Assembly: GCA_021798415.1 (NCBI GenBank)
Contig: JAJZGO010000002.1
Span: 159 to 64,158, forward strand
Length of the DNA: 64,000 nucleotides
Origin: Thermoplasmata archaeon
GTDB lineage: Archaea; Thermoplasmatota; Thermoplasmata; Lutacidiplasmatales; UBA184
Direction: 5' to 3'
Each line of letters opens with the position of its first letter. Within the stretch, counting starts at the first letter, position 1. The position numbers and the translations under genes are program-made. The notes below the pieces were generated by a model. The model was not told the DNA's origin. It worked only from the letters and a program-made list of their open reading frames with translations, and did not search any database. This document shows, piece after piece, positions 8,899 through 16,344 of this stretch.

Positions 8899-11800
8899 CT
8901 ACGACGTCGGAGGCTTGTCCGGGCCTTCGCTCCAGGTGTTCGAACCCGAGCTCCCGCTCGCGGGCGAGCCGGGGCTGCTCGCGCCGGCCGGAGGCGTCCA
9001 AGCCTCGGGGGGCGACGACGGGGGCGTCGACTTGCCTCCTCCGCGGCGGAGGAAGAGCGCAATCAGCCCGACGACGAGCGCGATCACCGCGACCAGGAGC
9101 GCGAGCGCGAAGTAGTTGTTGAGGTCCGACTTCGTCGCGAGCGGCGCCGGGTTCGACGGCGAGTACATCCCCGAGATGCTGGTCGACTGGCCGGCCACGG
9201 TCACGCTGCCGTTCCCGCCCTTCACGTTGAAGCCGCCGACCGAGCCGAGCGCGTAGGTGAACGTTCCGTTCGGCTCGTAGAAGACGAGCGTCGTTCCCGA
9301 GGTCGACTGGGTCACGCCGTTGACGGTCGCGTTCCAGCTCGTCCCGCCCGGGAGGCCTCCCTCGCTGACGGTGACCGCGTAGGTCAACCGCGAGAAGGTC
9401 ACCCCGACCAGATAGGCGTTCGGTCCCGCAGCGACCGTCCCGGTCGACGGGGACGCCGCATAGCCGGGCACCGGTCCGACCGCGTAGGGGTAGCTGCCCA
9501 TCGGCACCGAGAAGGCGATCGACGCCGCCGAGGAGGTCTCGGCGATGCCGTCGAAGTTCACGGCCCAGCTCGTCCCGGCCACGAGGCCGGTCTCGTTGAA
9601 CGTGACCGTGAACATCTGGTACTCGTCCGGACCGATCGGGTAGTAGTCCCACACGCCGCTCGACACGTAGTACGGGGCGAGGACGCCGTACGAGGTGTAC
9701 GTGTGCCAGTCCGCCCAGTAGTTGCCCACGCCGTTGAGGTCGAACGAGTTGTAGACGTAGCTCCACGCCTGGACGTGCGTGGGGTCGTAGGTGCGGGTGG
9801 CGCCGTTGTCGCCCACGAAGTTGTTGTTGTAGACGAGGTTCCCTTCCCCGTAGGCGATGTAGACCCCGAAGCTCGAGTCGCCGACGAACGAGCTTCCCGT
9901 GACCAGGTTCGACTGGGCGTTCTCGTTCATCTCGACACCGACCACGTCGTGGAACGCTCCGATGTTCGAGAGCGTGGCGTACTCGGTTCCGTTCAGGAGG
10001 ACCCCGAACTCTCCACCGGTTGCGTTGACGTTCGAGAAAGTGACGCTTCCCGTGAGCGCCGTACCCGACCCGCCATCGTAGACGGCGGCGGGGTAGGTGG
10101 TCGCGGTGACGTTCGACACGGTCGTCAGGCTATCGAGGGTCGTCACGACCGCGGCCAGGGCGGGCGCGCCGAAAGTAGTGAACACGAACCCCGGCGCCCA
10201 GGGCCCGGAAAGGGTCGCGTTGCTCGCCGTGACCCCGTTCACGCTCGCGTCGGTGTCCTGGTTGAGCCCGACCGCGAGCGACTGGCCCGAGACCGTGGTC
10301 TGGTCGACGGTGACCCAGGACGAACCGAGCGCGAAGACCCCGACCGAGCCGTCCGAGGCCGTGGTCCCGCGCACGTTCACGTTGTGGGAGCCTTGGATGA
10401 TGGTGCCGACGTCTTGGCCCGAGACCGTGACCGTCGTCACGTTCACGTCCGTAGACGCCAGGATCACCGAGCCCACGCTCGCGGGTCCGGCGGCCGAGAT
10501 CCCCGAAAGGGAGACGAACGAGGAGCCCGAGACGAGCGCCGCCTGGCTTCCCGTGGTCGCGTTGACGCTCGAAACGTTGACCCATTCGGAACCGAGCACC
10601 GCCACGCCGGAACTCGAGTTCTCGGCGGTGAGGCCCGTGAGCGTCCCCGACATGAAGTTCTCGAACACGACGCCCGTGCTGCCGTTCGCCACGACGTTCG
10701 AGACCGAGGCGCTCGAGCCCCCGAGGAAGCCGACCGCGATGGGGCTCCCGTTCGTGGCGGTCACACCGTTAACCGAGCTCGTCGTAACGCCGTACCCGAC
10801 GACCCCCGCGGAGCTGCTCGCGTGGACGGTCGTGACGGTGAGGCCGATCCCTCCGGTCGCGTAGACAGCCTCCGAACCGGTCTCGGACGATACGCCGCTC
10901 AGGGTGGTGGCGTTGGCCCAGAAACCGTCGAACCCGACCGAACCGAAGGAGGCGCTCAGGGTGGTGAACGTCCCCGCCGAGCCGCCCTCGTCGAAGACGG
11001 CCGCGGAGCCGAACTCGGCGGTAAAGTTGGTCCCGACCGCATCGGCGGAGGCGATCACGCTGAACACCGCCGCGCCGAAGCCCGAGACCGAGTTCGTCAC
11101 GGTCGTGTGCGGCGAGGCGGCGGCCCAGACTCCGAACGAGTCGTCCTGGGACACGACGTTCGAGATGCTCGCCCCGGTGTCGTTCCAGAGAGAAATCGCT
11201 CCTCCCTGGACCACCCCGGCGGGGATCAGGACGCCGGCCAGGTTGAGGTTCGAGAAGGCATCGTTCGTCCCGTCGTAGACCACATACTGTTGACCGAGGT
11301 ACGGAATGTTCCCGGTGTACCCGAACGGCGACTGGAACCACTGGGTGATCCCGTGCCAGTTGGGCCCGACGTAGACGTTGTTGATGTCGACCGCCGCCGA
11401 GAACCCGCTCGCCTGCACAAGGCTGAAGGTCGGGAAGCCCCAGTCGTTCAATCGATTGAACGTGAGGTTCACACGCACCTCGAGATTCTTGAAGGTGTAC
11501 GGGGCGCTCGCGCTACCCCCGACCGCGGCGGCCAACGCGGACGCCTGAGCGGCCGACCCCATGTAGAGGGGTGCGTCCAAGACCGCGGGAGCGGCGACCA
11601 TCGTGACCGTGTCGGTGGTCGATGCCGAGAACGGCGTGCCGGCGAACTGATGGTAGCCATCGGCGAACACCGTGAAGTTGTAGCCGAAGAGCACCGGCGG
11701 CAGGTAGGTGCTGACGGTCCCCGATAGGTCCGTCGGCGCCCAGCTGAAATTGTACGTCTGGGCGAGAGCAGGACCGACGAAGACGAAGCCGTAGCTCGGC

Positions 11801-13146
11801 GTCACGTGCGCCGTGAAGTGGATGCTCCCGCTGCCGGTCTGGAGGGTGTTCCAGAGCCCGTAGAGCAGCGAGGGACCGGTCGTGACGTTCTCGGTCGCGC
11901 CGAACCACGTGCTGGCCACCCCGACCGCGGTCTCGCCGGTGTCGCCACCGTAGTCGAATGCGGCCGGGACCCCGGAGTAGGTCGGGCCGACCTGGCGCAT
12001 CAGGTTCAGGCTGCCGTTCACCGAGTTGATGACGGCGTTCGAGCCCGCGCCCGGGCCGGTGAAGACGAGCTCGGAGTCGTAGAACGCGCCGATCGGCGTC
12101 GCCGTGTTGCCGTTCACCAGGAAGTCCGCGGGCAGCGGGGGTGCGATGGAGTTGAAGACCACCGTGTCGTAGACGCCCGCGAAAACGTGGCCCGGTTCCG
12201 TGACCCGGTAGCCGAACGTCACCTGGCTGCGTCCGCTCGGGTTGTTCGAGACGTTGTTGTAGAGGGCGATCGTGACCGGGAACGCGAGGGGCATCGTGGG
12301 CCCGAGGTCGTAGTAGAACTGGCCCGAGACGAACGTCCCGTTGAAGGAGTACAGCGTCCCGGGGTTCAGCGAGGGGCCCGAGAAGTTCCAGACGTTGTCG
12401 ATGAACTGGAGCTGGTGGCCCGAGAAGTCGATGACGTTCTGGGTCCAGAATGCCGCCGTGGTCGAGCCGGGGATCGAGACGTTGGTCGTCACGGTGTTGA
12501 GCTGGACGCCCGACTGGTACGGGCTCGACGCTTGGTTGGCGGGGAGTCCGTTCCAGTAGTACCCACCGGTGTCTTCGTAGAGCTGACCGGCGGTCGCGTT
12601 GTAGCTGTTGAGCGTGAATTGGCCGTCAAAGGAGGGGGTCCAGTACTGGTAGGGGCCGCCCGAACCGATCCCGAGGTCCCCCACGCCCATCGGGGCCGGA
12701 GAGGCCGTGTAGAACGGGCTGATCAGCTGGCCAGGGTTCGAAGCGGGGTGGGCGAGGAGATTGTAGTTCGGAAGGTACGCCGCGTAGGACGGCACTCGGC
12801 CCGTGGAGATCGAGTTCAGGACGCTCGTGACGGTCGAGGTCGCCGCGAGACCCGCGGTCGACTGGGGAGATGCGCCGGGAGAACCGGGCGAATAGTGCCC
12901 CGGGGAAAAGGGCGTCGAGGTCGGCACGGTCGGGGACGAGCCTTTCGCGGCGGCGAAGTTCCCGCCCCATGGGGTCGAGCCTACGGCCGCCGAGTGAACG
13001 CCCGACCCGCTCGCGCTCGTCTGGGACGACCCCGCGATGGACTGGGCGCCGGCAAACGCCCCGGCGGGCAGCACCATCAACGCGGCGATTACGAAAACGA
13101 TCGGCAATGCCCAGACTGCTTTCCGTACGGACGGCAACGCGGCCAT
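8899..13146 (-). CDS. Giant (1415 aa) secreted right-handed beta-helix repeat surface protein with C-terminal TM anchor
   Basis: N-terminal signal peptide WALPIVFVIAALMVLPAGAFA. Long tracts of degenerate roughly 22-residue repeats rich in N/G/S/T/V (NVTTVTVSGQDVGTIIQGSHNVNVRGT...) typical of a parallel beta-helix or pectate-lyase fold. More than 40 N-x-S/T sequons. C-terminal TM ALALLVAVIALVVGLIALFL followed by RRGGGK and a Pro/Ser tail. Confidence 0.8.
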   Translation of the reverse strand: MAALPSVRKAVWALPIVFVIAALMVLPAGAFAGAQSIAGSSQTSASGSGVHSAAVGSTPWGGNFAAAKGSSPTVPTSTPFSPGHYSPGSPGASPQSTAGLAATSTVTSVLNSISTGRVPSYAAYLPNYNLLAHPASNPGQLISPFYTASPAPMGVGDLGIGSGGPYQYWTPSFDGQFTLNSYNATAGQLYEDTGGYYWNGLPANQASSPYQSGVQLNTVTTNVSIPGSTTAAFWTQNVIDFSGHQLQFIDNVWNFSGPSLNPGTLYSFNGTFVSGQFYYDLGPTMPLAFPVTIALYNNVSNNPSGRSQVTFGYRVTEPGHVFAGVYDTVVFNSIAPPLPADFLVNGNTATPIGAFYDSELVFTGPGAGSNAVINSVNGSLNLMRQVGPTYSGVPAAFDYGGDTGETAVGVASTWFGATENVTTGPSLLYGLWNTLQTGSGSIHFTAHVTPSYGFVFVGPALAQTYNFSWAPTDLSGTVSTYLPPVLFGYNFTVFADGYHQFAGTPFSASTTDTVTMVAAPAVLDAPLYMGSAAQASALAAAVGGSASAPYTFKNLEVRVNLTFNRLNDWGFPTFSLVQASGFSAAVDINNVYVGPNWHGITQWFQSPFGYTGNIPYLGQQYVVYDGTNDAFSNLNLAGVLIPAGVVQGGAISLWNDTGASISNVVSQDDSFGVWAAASPHTTVTNSVSGFGAAVFSVIASADAVGTNFTAEFGSAAVFDEGGSAGTFTTLSASFGSVGFDGFWANATTLSGVSSETGSEAVYATGGIGLTVTTVHASSSAGVVGYGVTTSSVNGVTATNGSPIAVGFLGGSSASVSNVVANGSTGVVFENFMSGTLTGLTAENSSSGVAVLGSEWVNVSSVNATTGSQAALVSGSSFVSLSGISAAGPASVGSVILASTDVNVTTVTVSGQDVGTIIQGSHNVNVRGTTASDGSVGVFALGSSWVTVDQTTVSGQSLAVGLNQDTDASVNGVTASNATLSGPWAPGFVFTTFGAPALAAVVTTLDSLTTVSNVTATTYPAAVYDGGSGTALTGSVTFSNVNATGGEFGVLLNGTEYATLSNIGAFHDVVGVEMNENAQSNLVTGSSFVGDSSFGVYIAYGEGNLVYNNNFVGDNGATRTYDPTHVQAWSYVYNSFDLNGVGNYWADWHTYTSYGVLAPYYVSSGVWDYYPIGPDEYQMFTVTFNETGLVAGTSWAVNFDGIAETSSAASIAFSVPMGSYPYAVGPVPGYAASPSTGTVAAGPNAYLVGVTFSRLTYAVTVSEGGLPGGTSWNATVNGVTQSTSGTTLVFYEPNGTFTYALGSVGGFNVKGGNGSVTVAGQSTSISGMYSPSNPAPLATKSDLNNYFALALLVAVIALVVGLIALFLRRGGGKSTPPSSPPEAWTPPAGASSPGSPASGSSGSNTWSEGPDKPPTS

Positions 13147-13554
13147 GTCGGTCTTTCGTGGCTCGTTCGACTATACAAACCTAGGTGCGGCTCAGGAAAC
13201 GCCGGCACGTGGCCGGCCCCCAGGGTGCCCGCGGGTCGGCCGCGCGCCGGGCCGAGATAAGGAATCGAGCCTCGCCGGCCTTAAGCCGGCCTGGGGAGCT
13301 TTCCGACCGGGACTCTGGGGTCGCTGGAGGACCCGCCCGCCTCCCAAGGCGGATGTCGAACGCCCAGGGTCCGGAGGGTACCGACCCCGACCGCCCGCTC
13401 CCGAACCCCGGACGTGGTTCTCGGAAACTACCGAACGCGGATGCGGGCCGAGGTCCGCCGAGTAGGGTCGGTCCCTCACGAGCGTTCCGGGTCGCCCGGC
13501 CGATGTGATCGGCCGCGAACCAACTCCTTAAGCCGCGGGGCCTTCTCGGGGCCC

Positions 13555-13833
13555 GTGAGCCTCCTCGAGCTCTTCGTCGTGGTCCTGGTGACCGGCGTGG
13601 CGCTCCTGAACGCGGGGGTGCCGCTCGCCGCGTGGGCCCGCTCCCGGGACGGCCGCTTCGTCCTCTTGGCGGGAGGGAACCTCGCTCTCGCCGCATTGGG
13701 GGGCCTTTGGCTATGGGGTCAGCTTCCGGGAAGCCCTCCGCCGTATACCGAAGTCCAGCTGCCCGCGTTGTCGATCGTATTGGTCGCGGTTCTCCTCGGC
13801 CTGGCGGCCACCCTCTGGCCCCGTCATGTCTGA
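13555..13833 (+). CDS. Small 3-TM membrane protein (cassette copy B), coupled to the downstream regulator
   Basis: GTG 13555 gives VSLLELFVVVLVTGVALLNAGVPLAAWARSRDGRFVLLAGG...IVLVAVLLGLAATLWPRHV, which aligns along its length with 5981..6271. CTTAAG lies 25 bp upstream. The stop at 13833 is 3 nt before the regulator ATG at 13837. The ORF track starts earlier at 13414 with a non-hydrophobic extension. Confidence 0.5.
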   Translation: MSLLELFVVVLVTGVALLNAGVPLAAWARSRDGRFVLLAGGNLALAALGGLWLWGQLPGSPPPYTEVQLPALSIVLVAVLLGLAATLWPRHV

Positions 13834-13836
13834 GCG

Positions 13837-14364
13837 ATGGAGGAAGACCCCCTCGCTCTCGAAACGCGGCGTCGGCTGTACGAGGCGGTGCGGATGGCCC
13901 CGGGCACCGGGGCCCGCGAGGTCCAGCGCCGTGTCGGTACCGGTTGGGGCGAAACGGTGTACCACCTCGATCGTCTGACGACGTCCGGGCTGCTCCATCG
14001 GGAACGCTCGGGATATCAGGACCATTACTTCGTCGCGACGGTCCCTCTCGCGGACCGAAGCCTTCTCAAGATCACCCGCTCCCGTTCGGCGCGCCGACTT
14101 CTGATCGCCCTCCTCGAAGCCCCGGGGTCGACCGTCCCGGACCTCGAGACGCGCACCGGACTGAGCGAGGGCCGTCTCTCCGTCCATCTCCGGCGACTGG
14201 CGGAGATAAGGGTGGTGCGGACGGGACGCGCCGGCCGGCTGCGCACCTTCGAGCTCACCGACCGTGAGCGAGTCCTCCGGACGCTCGTCGCCTTCCGCCG
14301 AGGGTTCGCCGACGAGTGGATCGAGCGTACCCTCGAGACGTGGTCGGAGCTCTTTCGTCCGTAG
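13837..14364 (+). CDS. Tandem winged-HTH (ArsR-like) transcriptional regulator, cassette copy B
   Basis: AREVQRRVGTGWGETVYHLDRLTTSGLLHRER and VPDLETRTGLSEGRLSVHLRRLAEIRVVR. It is about 40% identical to 6273..6797 along the full length. Confidence 0.75.
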   Translation: MEEDPLALETRRRLYEAVRMAPGTGAREVQRRVGTGWGETVYHLDRLTTSGLLHRERSGYQDHYFVATVPLADRSLLKITRSRSARRLLIALLEAPGSTVPDLETRTGLSEGRLSVHLRRLAEIRVVRTGRAGRLRTFELTDRERVLRTLVAFRRGFADEWIERTLETWSELFRP

Positions 14365-14372
14365 CGCCGTCG

Positions 14373-14415
14373 GGTTCGGACCAACGGCTTACGGTCTTGG
14401 ACCAAAAGCAGGGAC
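14373..14415 (+). promoter_or_regulatory. Conserved ~35-bp cis-element copy C (upstream of the second surface-protein gene)
   Basis: TTCGGACCAACGGCTTACGGTCTTGGACCAAAAGCAGGGAC aligns with copy A with only a few substitutions and indels. It lies about 26 bp upstream of the candidate GTG start at 14441. Confidence 0.55.
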
Positions 14416-14440
14416 AAGGGGAACGCCCTGCTCTCCTCCG

Positions 14441-15433
14441 GTGGCCGACCGACGAACGCCCCACGGAAGTCGCCGCCGAGGCCGGTGGGACTTCCGGGCG
14501 TTCTTCGGGGTCGCCGCGACCGCGCTTGTCCTCGCGGTCACGCTCGTGCCGTTCGGGTCGGGATCCTCGCTGGGGGCGGACTGGTCCTCGACCACGCTCG
14601 CCTGGAGCAACGGCGTGACCCAGTGCATCTTCGTCCCCGGTGCCCCGACGGTCGCCGTGTCGGCGATGAGCCTCGCCGGCTCGGGTCTCTCGACGACCCT
14701 CACGTCTCTCGACGAGGTCACCGCGTCCGGCAACCTCACCGCGGTGGCGGCCCTCTCTTCGGCGACATGGAACTCGACGAACCTCAGCGGCCCGGATCGG
14801 TTCGACATGGCCTACGCCGCGGACGTGCTGATCGTCTCCCCGGTCAATCCCGCGCGGGTCCTCGGCTCGGTCGGTCTGCGAGTGGACTACCTCCTTCCCG
14901 CCTACGCGGATTCCCCTGGCGTCAACCTCCGTAACGTCACTCAGGAGGTCACCATCACGGACTGGACGTGGCAGGGAGCCGGCGACCGGCTCGCCCTTGG
15001 TGTCTCCCTTTGGCCGACGTTCACCGCGCTGGAACGTCTCACCGCCCCTTCGCCAACGAGCTATTCGGTGACGAGCGTCGAGGTCCAAACTGGGGAACCG
15101 CGGGAGTCCGTGGACCTCGGTCGGTCGGCCAACATCAGCCTCCCCGCAAATGGGACCGCGCTGGTTCCCGTTACCCCCGAGGTCCAGATCGCGGGGCAGG
15201 GCACCTACGCCTCGGTCGGCGTGTGGGTCGGCGCCGTCGCCGGAGAGTTCCGGTCGCTCTCGTACGTGTCGGTCATCTCGCTTCCCGTGCCCAAGACCCT
15301 CGCGGGACTTCCGCTCTACGACTACGCGGCCGTGGGCGGAGCGGGATTGGTCGCCGTGGCCGCGCTCGCTCTGACGGCGCGCCGAGTGCGCCGGAGACCT
15401 TCCGACCTCACCTTCGTGGAGGAGCAACTGTGA
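14441..15433 (+). CDS. Secreted Ser/Thr-rich surface protein with C-terminal TM anchor (cassette copy B)
   Basis: A GTG 14441 start gives a basic n-region plus hydrophobic core FRAFFGVAATALVLAVTLVPFG. Sequons NLTA, NSTN, NLSG, NVTQ, NISL, NGTA. C-terminal TM AVGGAGLVAVAALALTA followed by RRVRRR. The ORF track start at 14264 overlaps the regulator and is less likely. Confidence 0.6.
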   Translation: MADRRTPHGSRRRGRWDFRAFFGVAATALVLAVTLVPFGSGSSLGADWSSTTLAWSNGVTQCIFVPGAPTVAVSAMSLAGSGLSTTLTSLDEVTASGNLTAVAALSSATWNSTNLSGPDRFDMAYAADVLIVSPVNPARVLGSVGLRVDYLLPAYADSPGVNLRNVTQEVTITDWTWQGAGDRLALGVSLWPTFTALERLTAPSPTSYSVTSVEVQTGEPRESVDLGRSANISLPANGTALVPVTPEVQIAGQGTYASVGVWVGAVAGEFRSLSYVSVISLPVPKTLAGLPLYDYAAVGGAGLVAVAALALTARRVRRRPSDLTFVEEQL

Positions 15434-15653
15434 ACGACGGGGGAACGGTGGAGAAGAAGCAGGCCGACGATCGTGCGATTGCCGTGGACGAGCGAGAGCG
15501 GAGATCCCATTCGGATTCACCTTCCGGGCCTCCTCCCGCCCAAGCTTCCCGCCCCCACGGGTCGATCATCCTTCGGAGGGTCTTCGACACCTTGCGCGGC
15601 GGCCGCCGACCGCGACGCGGCCCGGTGACGGACCCGGCCCCATGGGAGGTCCC

Positions 15654-16292
15654 ATGACCGTCTCGAACGGTCGGATCGTTCCCCGGTCGGCGGGACTCCT
15701 ACGGACCCTGCTGATCGTCGGGGTGGTCGTTGGGTTGCTCGCACTCCCGCTTGCCTTGGGCCTCGATCCCACGACGCCGAGAGGTCCCCAGGAGCTTGCG
15801 CCGGCGACCACGACTGCCATCAGCGTGCAGGTAACCTCGACGCTCAAATTCACGCCGGACGTGCTGGATGTCGTCCCGGGTGCCCTCGTTCAACTCGTCG
15901 TGATCCAGGAGGCGTCGATCCCCCACACTTTCGTCCTGTCGCCCGTCGCGAACTTCACGATCCCTGCGAACGACACGCCCGCCCAGCTCTTCGAGTTCTT
16001 CAATGCCCACCCACCCCTCGTGAACCTCAGCCTGCCGGGAACCCCGGGGGCCCGAGCGTACGCGAACTTCACGGCGCCGTCGGTCGGAACGTATGAGTTC
16101 GTCTGCGAGATCCCCGGGCATTTCCAGTCCGGGATGCACGGGATTCTGGTCTCGTCGGTCGCCGCTCCGTCGAACGGATCATCGACTCTCTTTACACCGA
16201 CCGTGCTCATCGTCCTCGGCGCCGTGGTGGTCGTGGTCGGAGTCGGTTCCGGCCTCGCTCTCTGGCGACGTTCGCGGCGCTCGCCCAAGTGA
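15654..16292 (+). CDS. Type-1 (blue) copper protein, halocyanin/plastocyanin-like cupredoxin, with N-terminal signal/TM and C-terminal TM anchor
   Basis: Copper site H...C-x2-H-x4-M: HTFVL...YEFVCEIPGHFQSGMHG. N-terminal hydrophobic LLRTLLIVGVVVGLLALPLALG. C-terminal TM LIVLGAVVVVVGVGSGLALW followed by RRSRR. Confidence 0.8.
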   Translation: MTVSNGRIVPRSAGLLRTLLIVGVVVGLLALPLALGLDPTTPRGPQELAPATTTAISVQVTSTLKFTPDVLDVVPGALVQLVVIQEASIPHTFVLSPVANFTIPANDTPAQLFEFFNAHPPLVNLSLPGTPGARAYANFTAPSVGTYEFVCEIPGHFQSGMHGILVSSVAAPSNGSSTLFTPTVLIVLGAVVVVVGVGSGLALWRRSRRSPK

Positions 16293-16344
16293 GGCCTGAT
16301 GGGCCAGGGGTCTTCGGGAAACGTGGCGGCACCGGAGGGATAGA

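Noticed and set aside
8320-11727. 1135-aa ORF on the plus strand overlapping uspA and the giant surface protein
   Set aside because: It is an antisense or alternative frame of two well-supported minus-strand genes. The sequence is Arg/Gly/Asp/Glu low-complexity with no motifs.
13414-13554. 47-codon N-terminal extension of the copy B mini-membrane protein in the ORF track
   Set aside because: The extension is hydrophilic and Arg-rich, and it is absent from the copy A paralog. GTG 13555 with CTTAAG 25 bp upstream reproduces the copy A architecture.
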